A stretch of DNA of 64,000 nt, taken from contig MU056050.1 in NCBI GenBank assembly GCA_013239625.1, positions 7,482,773 through 7,546,772 of the forward strand. Direction: 5' to 3'. Both the position numbers and the translations under genes were made by a program. The stretch comes from Lama guanicoe (Eukaryota). Shown here in pieces: positions 37,808 to 50,500 of this stretch (position 1 is its first letter; the number at the start of each line of letters is the position of its first letter). Under the pieces are notes generated by a model. The model was given only the letters and a program-made list of their open reading frames with translations, was not told where the DNA came from and ran no database searches.

Positions 37808-38655
37808 CAGGCATTCTTAGCCTTTTGTGGGTAATGGACACCCTTGAGAATCTGAAAGTTATGCATGCCCACACAGGCACGAATTAATTTGCATGCTCCT
37901 CTGCGCACACACAGTTTTGCTTATGATTTCAACCTCGGATCAGTGATTCCAAAGGGTCTCAACGAGAAGGTATCATACCCTAAGTAGTATTTCAGAGTTA
38001 GTGGGGTCTTTTATTGACATATAGCAGGTAGAATCCAGGAATACAATTGTAGGACAGTCCTCATGGTGAAAAATGTTCCTGTGTGTCACTAGACTGTCAA
38101 ATGTCCTGCTGGACATTTATGTAGGTGAAAAACTTGTTTATAAATTATGAGAAATTAGAATAAAAATCTGTTTTACATAACATAAGGTGTGTTGGTAGGC
38201 ACTGAATTTTTCAGGAACTTAACAGCAGTGTAAATTGAGAGGGAATTGTGTCTTATTTTCTTAGGGACTATACAAGTTTTGCTTCATTTTGAAAAATTAT
38301 GTTAGCAACATAAATAACATTCAGGCTATTCATCACTGATACAGCATTCCTGTATCAGTGTGCATTTGTAATTGGTGTTTTCTTGGTGATTTCATACTGA
38401 CCACTTCATCTTATGTGTTCCACTGTTGTCAATGCCTGAGATTTACATATTGATTTATATGTTACATAAATATGTAAATAATTATAAATTATTTTCCTTT
38501 TGTTTTTTCACATAATGGAGCATTATACTGATATTTTTGAAGTCATGTGTGTAGGTGGGTTTTATTATCTGTGAATTTCATCTCAGGATAATAATGGAAA
38601 TGTCACAAAGTATATTAAAAAAAAGAGAATGAGTTTTATGACATGAGAACCACTT
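37808..38655. mobile_element. hAT-Charlie DNA transposon remnants (MER20B-like at ~37940-38655)
   Basis: cagtgattcc start, tgagaaccact end; tgtaggtgaaaaacttgtttataaattat. Confidence 0.6.
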
Positions 38656-38704
38656 AACTAGAATAAGATCTACAGTCTGAAGGAAATTCAATATAGTAGG
38701 CAAA

Positions 38705-38950
38705 GTATTAATGGCTTCCATTTATTAAATACCTACTGTGTGCCAGTTATAGGCTAAAGGAATTTTTCCATGAACTCATTTATTCCTCACAAGCCATGAC
38801 CCATTTCTTAAACTACAAGGCAGAAAATGAGGAGCATCAGAAGAGACACAAGAAAGAGGTAATTGAACATGTAGAATCCCAGGCTGGAGGTGTGTGTTCC
38901 AGCTCAGGTCTGCCACCCCTTCACTGCTCTCTAGAGTGATTGCACTGTGA
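38705..38950 (-). mobile_element. MIR SINE
   Basis: catttattaaatacctactgtgtgccag..aactcatttattcctcacaa. Confidence 0.65.
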
Positions 38951-39089
38951 GCTGTGACTGAGCCCACAGAGGACTCCCACTCACTCCCAAATGATGGACT
39001 GTTCTTGGACCCTCTGTGTGTGAGTGTCGATGGAGGCAGGGCTCAGTGAGCTGGGGAAATCTCTGTGAGCTAATGAGGCCTGATTCCTG

Positions 39090-39810
39090 CATACGTATCT
39101 TTCTTCTCCTAGCACTATGACTCTGGTAGTATATTAAAATATGTTTTCCAAGAATCAGTCATTCCTTCATAATTTTTACCATAATTTTGCCACTGGGAAA
39201 AAATCTCTGAGTCACAGCTCCAGAGCTGGGTCCAGGGACAGTGGACCAGCTTTACAACCAGGCTACTTGGCAGGGGCAGCAGCCTCTGGTCTTCTCTCTT
39301 TGCCTCTCCCAGTATGGGACCCCTACCCTATGAGGCAGTGGGATTCGAGGGCAACTGGGGCCCCAATATTCTTATCCAGCAATACCTGGGGTAGAACCTC
39401 TGTCCTGTGAGTGGGGACTGGGTGGAGGAAAGGATCCTTCACCATTTTTCTTGGCCATACTCACCAGGAATTTAGCCTCTGCAACTCTTAGTTGGGGAAG
39501 GGTAATGATAAATACTGGAGTCCTTCCCCTCCTGGTGAGATGCTGAGTCTCTTGGCTAGGAGCTGAAAGGAGAAGGACCCCCTGTCAGGCTCAGCTAGGG
39601 AGAGGGTACGGAGGGAGTAGGTTATGGCTTAAGTGCCACAGACTTTCACTATTCTTACCAAGATTTAAATTTTCTTAAATAAATATTTTTTCACTTGCTA
39701 TATTGCCTTAGGACAATTTTGAGAGATTTTAAATGGTTGCTTTTCAAAAAATAACTTTACCAGTTATGCTTGTTTTACTGGGATGTGAATGTCCTCATTA
39801 TCATACACTT
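39090..39810 (-). mobile_element. Ancient L1 5'-region fragment
   Basis: aagtgccacagactttcactattcttaccaagattt..ttcttaaataaatattttttcac resembles an old L1M 5' end in reverse. Confidence 0.5.
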
Positions 39811-40039
39811 GTTTTTGATGCCTGCTTTTCTCTATAACGTGAGGGGATTCTAAATTCCCAAGAAAACACCTTTCATGGTTGTCAATGCTACATTGTGCCC
39901 TAATATCATCCCTGGACTATGTGCCCAAATAGATATTAAGTTCTTAGAGGAGAAGGACTGGATTTAACACAGCCATGACACCCTGCATAATATATGTGCC
40001 CAAGGAAATCATTCAAGGAATGCATGCACAAATAAATAG

Positions 40040-40700
40040 CTGTATCTTCTACTTGAAAATGGCCTCCAAAGTGGAGCATAACTCCCACTTCTTAAGTCTG
40101 GGCTTCGCAGAGTGACTACTTTCTAAAGAGTAGAGTATGGACAGAGGGGAAAAGAATAACTTTACAGTGGAGAAACTTGACAAGCAGTATCTGAAGCCCA
40201 TTGATCAAGGTCAACATCAATAGTGATAAGGTATGTTAATAGTGTATATTCTTGATATGATGTGATAAGTATGGCACTTGACCTCTGACTTGGCCTCTGA
40301 CACATTACCACAGTCTAACCATGAGAAAAACATCAGCCAAATCCCAATTGTGGGACATTCTACAAAATACCTAATTTTCAAGATCGTCAAAACAAGGAAA
40401 ATCTGATAAATCATTACAAGAAAGAAGAACCTAAGGAGATATTATGAGTAAACGTAGTATGGTATCCTGGATGGGATCCTGGAACAGAAAAAGGACATTA
40501 GGTAAAAACTAAGGAAATATTAATAAAGCATGGACTTTAGTGAATTGCAGTGTATCAATATTGGTTCATTAATTGCAACAAATGTGCCATACTAACATAA
40601 GGGAAAGTGGGTGTTGATACATGGAAACTTTCTGCACTGTCTTCCTAGTTTTTACCTAAAACCCAAATTCATTCTAGTATCAAACAGATTTATTAAAAAA
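40040..40700 (+). mobile_element. L1MC-like 3'UTR
   Basis: aactttacagtggagaaacttgac..tggtatcctggatgggatcctggaacagaaaaaggacatt. Confidence 0.8.
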
Positions 40701-40733
40701 CAAACAAACAAACAAACAAACAAACAAACAAAC
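40697..40733. repeat. (AAAC)n microsatellite
   Basis: Directly visible; at the L1 tail. Confidence 0.9.
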
Positions 40734-40859
40734 CTCTTCTACAAAGAGGCAGACCTTGAGCTAGGCAGAAAGAAACTCTCTTTCTTGGGGTTCCTAGTGA
40801 GGTGAGGTCCACGAAGATGCAGGAAGAAAGCTAGATAGGGCAGAATCAGAACTCTATTT

Positions 40860-41610
40860 TTTTGGCCCAATAGCTTCTGTCCGATGAATCTCTCCTAGAG
40901 TGAAAGCCAGATGAGTGCACAAAGATGTCCGTGCAAGGATGGTTATGGCAGGATGATCTTTAAGAGTAAAACACTGCAACATCCTAGATGTCCACACTGG
41001 GGCGGTATCCCACTATGCTTGTTCCTTAGAGCATTGGTCCGGTGAGATGTTCCACATATAAAGGGATCCGTGAACAAAAAGGAAATGCTACATATATATT
41101 CCCTTGGAGAGTCCAATATATATTGATGTAAAAAGGCTCTGAAATCAGTCTTGCTGAAAAAAAAACTTGTAAATTTCTGTTTGAACCAGGGTTTGAAAAC
41201 TCATTTGATCATGGATCACTTTTTAAAAAACAGTTATTTTTATGCAAATGCTACTAATATCTTTACACTTTGGAAACTGCTGCACTGGGGGCTGGACTGT
41301 ATAAATTTTGGTGTGTATTTTTATTGGAATGTTATGCAGAAATTAGTGAAATCATGTTTTTGGGGAATATTTAATGAATTGGGAAAATATTCACAATGTT
41401 AGAGTGAAAACAAGGTACACATTTGTGTATATAATATAATCTTAATAGTTTAAGTTTTTTTCTATGCACGGGAAAAGATAATAGAAAAACTACAAAGTTA
41501 ATAATGATTTTCTCTGGCTTGTGGAATTACAGGTGATTTTAAATTTCTGCTTTATAATCTTATAATTTCTTCTAATGGTTTACAAAATAAATATATTATT
41601 TAACTAACCC
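40860..41610 (+). mobile_element. Ancient L1ME-like 3' end
   Basis: acaaagatgtccgtgcaaggatg..tggaattacaggtgattttaaatttctgcttt. Confidence 0.55.
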
Positions 41611-42284
41611 CAAAAGAATACATGTCATAAACCAATATTTTGTAATCCAAATTGTTTGTCCTTCTCATGCACTCTAAACTTATTTGCCTTTTGTTATAAA
41701 TGTTTATTAAAATGTTTTTGAAAATACCAGATTATTTAAACTCTGAGAAGGGAATGACAGGATGTCCCAGATGGGCTTGATTGAATTAGTGGAGCATTAT
41801 AAAAGCAGAGCCTGAACAAACTAGCAATCCAGGCTGCTAGAACGATGCTTTCTCTTTGGTTAATGCTGGACTCTGCAAATAAATGCTTTTCCTTTAGTTG
41901 CCTTGCGAAGGTAATGAACATATAGTTAATTCGCTATGTCAAGTTGACCTCCAGAGGATAGATACTTCATCTACCTGCTTGTGTGCAAGACCAGGTTCCA
42001 GTTTCCTTCTGTCAGACTTCCACGTCCTACCTACTAATGCAAAAATTCCTCCTTCTCAGAAGACTTGAAAAGCAGGGGCTGGGCTGGTAGCTTTCAGTGC
42101 CACTCTGTGCAGAAACTCTGTGGTACTTACCTATCATTAGAATCTGGCATGGGGCTGAGCCTGGGAGCATCAGAGCCCAGAGGCCAGTAGGTTGGTGCTT
42201 TTCTTGAGTAGAACTGGCCTGAGCTTTGACTTCTGTTCTTCATATTTCATTCCTATGCTCCTCATGGTTTCAGCAAACAACATT

Positions 42285-42706
42285 ATGGCATAGTAGAAGG
42301 AAGGTGAGCTCTAGAGAGACAGACCTGGGTCCAGGCCCTAGCTCTGTCACCCCCTAGCTGTGTGAGCTCAAGCAAGTCACTTAACCACTCTGGTCTTTGG
42401 TTCCTGATCTGGGTTGGTGTGAGAATTAAACTAGTTTCTAGTACACTAAGCTGTCTCTCAATAATGGATATAATTCTTATTCCTACTCTGCTCCTCCATT
42501 TCCAGCTCAGAGTCTCCAACACTTTCCTCACCCCTCATTTTTTACCTAAAATGAGCCTGGAGCCTTAAGAAATTGCTGTGTCTCCACCAGGTGGTGCTAA
42601 CCCCCGCCTCCCTACTGCCTTCAGGTTTCAGGGAGCTTCTGTATACATCCATATCTTGCTCCATTTTACCAGGTCTGGGCCTGGCTTTCCCTTTTCCTTG
42701 ATCCCT

Positions 42707-42752
<46 letters not shown>

Positions 42753-43720
42753 ACTATGCCCACATCAACATAATATGGACATAGAAAGAAAACCCCATCT
42801 TGACCAGATTAGAATTCTGATCTAGACTTACACCGATGCAGTCCCTAACCAGGAAAGGGAAAGAGTTCAACTTAAAGGCCAGTCTCTAAGCAAAAAATAT
42901 ACAAAAGGCTACTTTAGAGCCCTTCTGCATTACCTCATTACCTGTACCATGTCCCACTCTATTGGTATAGCAGTCTTATCACTGCTAGCACTGTGCTCGA
43001 GAGCACCAACTTGAGAATCAGACAAATCTTAGTTCAAATTCAGGCTTGGCTGCTTACTACCTTTGTTACTCTAGTCAAGTTATTTAACTTCTTTGAATCT
43101 CAAATGGCTTACCTCTACTTCATTCATTTATTCAACAATATCTGTTAAGCCCCTAACTGGCATTGTGCTTGGTGATGGGAATACAGTGGTGAGAGGGGAG
43201 GTAAGCATGAATGATCACAGCCATTAAAGTAAAATTGCAACATTTCAAAGCAGTGCCCGAGGTACATGGTATTATGAGATGGTATCTGATGTACGCAGAG
43301 GGGTAAAATTGACAGGACCTGGTGATGGATTGAAGGTGGAAGGCAAGGTAGAGGAATGAGTCGGGAATGATTCCTTGCTTTCTGGCCGGCAGCGGGTACC
43401 ATTCACTGAGGTTGACAGCAGAGGAGGAGAGTCAGCTTTGGGGAAAAGCTATGACCAGCAGGGGCTACACATACATGTGCACACACACATACGTGCTGAT
43501 TGAAAGCCCCTCCTGGGTGTTGGGAACATTTACACATTTTGTTTCATTTAATTAAATCATGATGGCAGCTTCATTAGGAAAATTACTATTCCCATTTTCC
43601 AGGTGTGGAAATAGACTCAGAGTTATTGAAGCGACTTGCCCTGGATCTCACTGCTAGTTAGTGGTAGATCCGGGATTAACTTTCATTCTGTAGCCCCAAC
43701 ACGTGCTTTTTCCACTACTT
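42285..43720. mobile_element. Cluster of MIR (42285-42480, 43000-43110, 43480-43720) and L2 (43120-43450) fragments
   Basis: MIR cores gcaagtcacttaacc and cccattttccaggtgtggaaatagactcag; L2 tail ttcattcatttattcaacaa. Confidence 0.65.
42708..42750. repeat. (CA)n microsatellite
   Basis: Perfect CA run. Confidence 0.95.
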
Positions 43721-44726
43721 CACCCTGTAGGGCCCAGCAAAGCCTGCAAGGGAAGGGAAGGCAGGTTAGCCAAGGGCAAGGGCTCCAGGAAGGCAGAAAG
43801 GAGGGGTAGGAGTGGAAGGGAGACAAAGGGAACAGAGAGAGAAAGAATTGTGGTGAGGGCAAGAGGGATTCTCTCCAGTGATTTGATTAAGATTTATTTT
43901 TCGGAGACAGGTTAAGCATGCCAAACTGAGGTTCATATTTCATAGCCCCGCCTCTTCTACCAAATTCTGGCTCTGAACTTTGAGGAGGTGATGGGGAGGG
44001 GAACAAATGAGGAGGCAGTGTATGAAGTGGCCCAAGGCCCAGGGCTAAATTTGAAATTAGCATGGGGATTTCAGTCACAGGAGTCAAGTTTCCGTGGCTA
44101 AGTCCAGCAGCTGGGGCCCCATGGAGGGATAGAAAGCTGACCCTTTTTGGCTAGCGCTTTGGCCCCAACCTTCCTGTCACCTGCTTCATGCCCCTGGCGT
44201 TCTAGGAAGCAGTGAGAGTCACTCTCTTGGCTTATGGTTTCTCATACCTTCGGGAGCTGTCTTCCGTGCAGCTGTGTGGGGCAAAGACGAAGGGAGCTGC
44301 GTCTGATATAAGGCTAGGGAGTAGGTTTAGTTAGGAAGGGACTGCTGTTTGTCCTCTTCCTGCAAACTTGTGCCCTTCTCTCCTAAGTGTCCCACGTCCC
44401 CTTTTTTTAGCTTGAGACAGAAACTCAAGGTCATGTGATCCCCAATAGAAATTCAAAGGTCTGTACCTCATCACCTGAGTGTTAGATTCCTAGATCCTTT
44501 CTGGGTCATAACTACTCAGCCAGTTTCTTATGGGTTCTGGCAATCTCTTAGATTCTGGGATATTCTCAGAGATCAGAGTGTTTTTTGTGAAAATTTAAAA
44601 TTGTGTTTTTGTTACAATGAAAATATGAATGATAAAAGCCTATTCTCTATCATTCATCTGGATGGCCATCTTATAAAATTAAGGGCAGCCAGAGAATTTT
44701 TGGACTCTCATTTACATCTGCCTTGG

Positions 44727-45209
44727 TGTATTAAGATCAGATTAGGCTGCATGGAACAGAAAAAGACATCTAAAATGACAGTGGTTTAAACAAGATGGAA
44801 GGTTAATTCTCTATCATGTTAAAGAAGTCCAGAGATCAGATGTGTAGGTTTGGTGTGGTACCTCCGTGAAATTGTTAGGGACTGCAACTCCTCCCAGCTC
44901 TCTGCTGTGCCATCCTTAGAGTGTGGCCTTTACCCTCCTGATCCAAGCTGCTTACTATAGCTCCAGCTAATATTTGCTCATCCTAAGTAGTAATAGGGAA
45001 GAAAAAGCAAAGAAAAGCCAGTCCCCACCCCTTTTAGGAGATCTCCAAAAAATCCCAAGTACCACTTCCACTTATATCTCATTGGCCAGGGCTTTGTGAT
45101 ATGGCCACACCTATCTACAAGGGATGCCAGGAATATAGCATTTTAGTTGGGCACATTATGGGAGGAAGTAGGTGGTTTGTGGTGTAGATAACTAGCAATC
45201 TCTGTCACA
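44727..45209 (-). mobile_element. MaLR LTR (MLT1J-like)
   Basis: tgtattaagatcagattaggc..cttatatctcattggccag..gataactagcaatctctgtcaca. Confidence 0.8.
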
Positions 45210-45334
45210 TTTGTATAAAAGATCTCATTAGCTTCACAATGTCCTACTTGCATTGTCAAGGACTAATGAGAAAAGAACATAGGAAGACTTAATACATAAA
45301 TGATGGCTTAGTCCCAGTGAAGGCCAAATGATAT

Positions 45335-45782
45335 CCCTGAGGGCTGTAAGAATGACAGTTTAGCAGTAGATCTAACAGGAAAAAAAGTGATGTGAGAGCT
45401 GAGTCATCGCCTGGCTCATAGTCATACAGCACGACCAACTCAAAAGAACCTGTATCCCAGTTGGCACTGCAGTCACGATCTGAACAGCAATTTAATTTTA
45501 GAAAAACAACATCATCCACCTTGTTAAAATCATTGTTGCTCATTTGATTTTTATTGGTTTTGTAGTTTTGTTTTACACTTCATTTGGAACTTTGTAATTT
45601 CAGCTTTATAATTGGGTATCAGCCAGAAGCATCAGGAGTTTGCAGCCTGTTTTCTTTTTGCACATAGTTTAACACTGTAATGAAAATGAGTCAGTAGTCA
45701 GGAATATATCTCTATATATCTCTATCTCTATCTCTCCTTTTGAAAGGGTTATTCAACTGGGAAATTCTTCCTAAAACCACTG
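45335..45782. mobile_element. Probable hAT DNA transposon remnant
   Basis: Ends aaaaccactg (Charlie-type TIR); family uncertain. Confidence 0.35.
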
Positions 45783-46584
45783 GGGACCATTGTAGTAAAC
45801 AGGAGGGCTGTATGAGTTAGAACCCAAAACCAAGGCTTCTGGCTTCAATTTCAGGGTTCTTTTCACACCAGCACCCCCAGGGCTGATGACCAGGAGGCAG
45901 CACTTTGCTACAAAAACAGCCTAAACATAGTTTATGATCAGAGGAGTCTAACACTGGAGATGCTCATAGGTCACAGGTATACCTCCGACCTGAAGCCTGA
46001 GCCTCTCTATAAGCCAAGTGCCTGGGTTAAGGGGTGAAGATGAGGTTGGTGGTTTAGGGTGACATAAAGAAACATTTGGGGGAAAATGGTTGATTAAACA
46101 TTATGTCCTTAACACCGAAAGTCAGGGAAATTTTCTGAGCATGTTCCTGTGAACGTTTGATGGGTAGAAAAGGTCCTGGAGCCAAGTGTATGGAAATGTA
46201 TCCCCTCTGTTGTCCCTAGTAACACATTCTAGATCATCTGCCATGGATCCCTTTGGCCTGTGATGTCGTCTACCTTCCAGGCTCCTTTCACTGTTTTGCA
46301 ACCTGGAGGGCAACCTGTTTATCATGGGGCAAAGGGCTGCAACAGATGGTAGGTAGGGCCTCTTTTGAAGTTGGGTAGTTGAAGGGGAGGGGGTTGATTC
46401 TAGAGGACTTGTTTCAGGCCATTTATCAATGGAAGGAAGAAATGCTCCTTCTCTCCTTCTCTGGCAGCAGTAAATCTTCCTCAACCCCAGCCACTGCCAC
46501 CTCCTTCGTGTACTTTCTTGAAATTTAACCACAGGGTTAAATCCTGAGAAAAATGCTTCTATCAGGATGAAAGAATAAGATTCA

Positions 46585-46860
46585 TTGAGAGGGGAGAGAG
46601 GAAGAGAGAGAAGGAGATGGAGAGAGAGAGGCTGATAGATCATGGAGAGAGATAGAACAAAAAGAAAGACAGACACACACATCCATACACATACAGATAC
46701 ACACAAGAGGCAGAGAGATAGAGAGATATTTATTGAGATATTTATTTATAGAGGGAGAGATGTTGGATAAACATAGAAAAAGATAGAACCAAAGAGAAGA
46801 AGAGAGGGAAATGGAGAAGGAGAAAAGAAGAGAGAGAAGAAAGGGAGAAAGGAAAGGACA
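46585..46860. repeat. GA-rich low-complexity polypurine tract
   Basis: Directly visible. Confidence 0.85.
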
Positions 46861-47579
46861 CATTTCAACATGTGGAAAAGACAAGTACAAGTCAAAGAGG
46901 GACTTATGGGCCTCTGTGTTGCCCCCAAGTGGTAGAAAATAGGATGACAGGAGGCAATACAGTCAGCGGGTCTCTGTGCTTGTGCCTTCTGCATGGAGAG
47001 AACTACACCAGCCTGATCCTGCCTTCAGGAAGTTTCCAGTCCAAACAGACCTTCTGATGGGTCACTGCATTCACAGACACCAGGACAGTGGGTGAGAAAA
47101 ATTCATGGCAAGCCATAGCATACAAGGTGTCTTGAAGAGCTCAGGGTAAGGCTAACGTTACCTTTGGGACAAGGAGTTTGGAAATAGCAGCAGTTGCATA
47201 CACAATATTTGTCATGGAGAACCCATGCTGTATCTAATCCAAGCGGATTTTCTGGAGCAAAAGGCAGTTTCTAGAGCTGTGGGCAGTGAAGCCATTGGAG
47301 TGGGAGGTCAACAGCTATACACAATCAACATATGAAAATCATTACTGAAGACTAATCCCAAGGTTCCTCCAGCCTCCTGCCCACCCCGACTCTCTGTGCT
47401 CAGTGGCCTCTCTTCTCTCACAGAGAACATGGAAGCTATCGGGTGGTACACTCCTCCTATCACACCCACATCTCTTTTTATTATTCTCGTTTTCCCTTCT
47501 GGCTCTGCCCACTTCCCCCTATCCATTCTTCATCCTCCATTGCATGCTAAATGATTCCAGAACCTAGAAGGGGTAGTCT

Positions 47580-50500
47580 CTGGGAAAGTTATACTAACAC
47601 ACACAATTCTGTTTCAACCTCATGGCAATCATCTGCAGTGGGTGTCATAGTACCTATTTTAAAGATAAAGAAACTGGGATCCAAAGAGCTTAGGCAATTT
47701 AGCTAAGATCACGGCAAGGCTGAAGTTCAAACTTGGAAATCCCTAGCTAGTCAGCCCATTTTCATTCCACTGTACCAGAAAGGATCCCAGGAACATCAAA
47801 AAAAAATACTGGTTGAATAAAATTCTGCTTATTTGAGACCCACCAGGGTTAGGGGGTGAGTGGACTGTACAGTGCAATAGTCTTTGTAGGAACAAGATTG
47901 AAAATGCCAGACTGGTATGCCCAGTGCCTGAGCCACTGGGAGTTGCAGAGAGAAAGCAATGAAAACTAATGGTGTGAAGACAGGTTAATTAAGAAAACCC
48001 TGCACATGTAGAGGGAAATATTCCATGTTATCACTCTATCTCATAATTTTACAAATGATGAGATTGGCTAGTGGGTACCTGGACCTTCTCCTAGTACAGG
48101 GGCCCTTCCCATCCTCCCACAGCACCCAGGCCATCTGCAGGTACATTTGAGAGGTTGGTAAAGTTCTTTTCTGATGCCTGCCTACCTATTTTCTGAGCAT
48201 CTGTCTCCCTGGTGACCATCCCAGTTCTGTTCCTGACCATCATCTGTCAGTCACACGATCTCTACTTAGTTTGGTTCCAGTTGAGGGGGTGGCCTCTTCC
48301 AGGTGTATCTGCCTTCAATAGAAGCATCTGGAGGACTTCACTGAGGTTACGAGGCTGTACTTATAGAATCTGATGCCCTATTGAGGACAGGCAGGCTTTA
48401 GGGTAAAGAGGTCAGCTTACTAAGTGTTGGGTATGGGACTAGATGATTTTTATTTATATGATCTCATTTCATTCTCACTGCAGTCCTGTGAGGTATATTA
48501 TTATTATTATCATTATTAGTATTTGGTAAATGATGAAACTGAGAGAAAAGCTAAGTAACTTGCCCAAGGTCACAACAAGTAAGGGGCCGAGTTGGAATTT
48601 GAACCCAGGCAGTCTGGTTCCAGAGACCATGCTCATTGCAATTACCCTACACTGCCTCCTTGCAAACAAGCAAAACAATAACAACAAAACTGAGTGGGAA
48701 AGCATGCTATTTCTATCCCACCACCAAAGAAGTCTGAAAATCCTGGTTATATGCCCTATGAGACCCCCAAGCTAGGGCCACTTCCACATCTGAACTGCAA
48801 ATTACTGTGGAACAAATATGTCACCTGTGGTGAGCTGTCCCTGGAATGCCAAAGTGGGATTCAAAGCCAAGACTTTCTGATCTCTAATCTCATTATTGAA
48901 AACCCCTATGTTAGCTCCACTTTTCACCCTGGGAACCCTGTTATGACCCAGCTGGGTATTGTGTGATAAACCTGGGCTGTGGTCAGAGTTTTTGCACATT
49001 AGAGAATATTTTCTTTTGTGAACACCCTGCCCTGTTTTTAATATAATAAACGTTCTTCTGGTCTTTTCCATTCCTTCTCAGAATATTTCTGTATACTTGT
49101 AGTTAAGAATAATGGCCAATAGGAATCTAGCTCTTACTCTGCACTGTTTTCACTGCTTTATATGGATGAGCTCTTTTACTCCTCCACAATTCTATGAGGT
49201 AGGTACTATTATTAACTCTACTGTACAAATGAAGCAACAGAGGCTTCAGGAGGTTGAATGACTACCTCCAAATTACACAGCTATGAAGTAACAAAAGCTG
49301 GGATTTAACCCTTGGTCTGTGTGACTCAAGATTTGGGGTTGTGATCTGTTCCTCAGGGCAGGGGTTCTGAAGCAGATAAGTGAGGTTTTTAATTGAGAGA
49401 TTTGTCCAGCAATTTGCCGAGATGAGGGAATTGATGCTGAACAATCTTCAGTGACTCACTTAGGTCACAGCCTGTCGGGGGGCGGGGAGAGTGGAGCTGT
49501 GCCTTGAAGACTTCACAGTTCTTGGCCAGTCTTTGGTTCCTGTGAGGTCTTTAAGGGCAGGCCTGGGTCTGATTCACTTATCCCCCCAGTGTCTCTCACA
49601 TAGTAGGTAGTCAGATAATAAAATTTTACTGCTCGAATTAATGTTTTAAATCATTTTCCTCTGGACTGGCTCCTGTCTCCTCTCAGTGACAGGTTTCACC
49701 ATGTACCAGGTCAGGACCAATCTCCTTCCAACAAATACGGAATATAGATGTGGCTCTGAGCCATCTGTGCTGTTCTCTTTGATTTCAGGTCATCTGTGGC
49801 TTCATCATCCAGATTTTACTATCAGCATTTCACACGTTCATTTCCTGCAGTTCTACTTCTTACAGAAGAAATAAACATATGGAGGGATGGTCACAAGGCT
49901 ATAGCTACCAAAAAAAAAGCCACATTAATTTTAAGAAGCACCTAACAGTTATTGAGTGCTTTCTATATCCTAGGCACTGTTCCAAGACATTTATAAGTAC
50001 CAATTCATGTAATCCTCACAACAGTCCAACGAGATAGCTGCCATTATTGTCCTTATTATGCAGATGAAGAAACTGAGACTCAGAGAGGGCTGGCTACACA
50101 GCTAATAAATGGTAGAACTAGCATTTCAACCATGTTTGCCTCCAAAGTCTCTGTTCTTAACCTTGATGCTAAACTCCTTACACTCATTACCACAAGACGT
50201 TGATGGATTAGCTATGTGGTCTGAGTGAGAGGAAGGGGAAGTAACTCCTAGGATAGGACCTGTATAACTATGTAGTTGATGGTGTTTGTTATTCATAAAA
50301 GTGACAGCACTGGAAGAGGACTAGCTGTGGATGTGTGGAGGAGTTATGAGTTTGACTTGGATGTATCAAGTTTGGAGTGTCTTTGAGATATCCAATTGGA
50401 GATGCCAGGAAGACAAATGGATATGTGGTTTGGAACTCAGAGGAGAGATTCGAGACTCTTTACCACATAGGTTAAAATAGCTAACATTTATTAGGTACTC

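Noticed and set aside
46122..46706. 194-aa minus-strand ORF
   Set aside because: Begins in GA/CT low-complexity sequence; no recognisable domain
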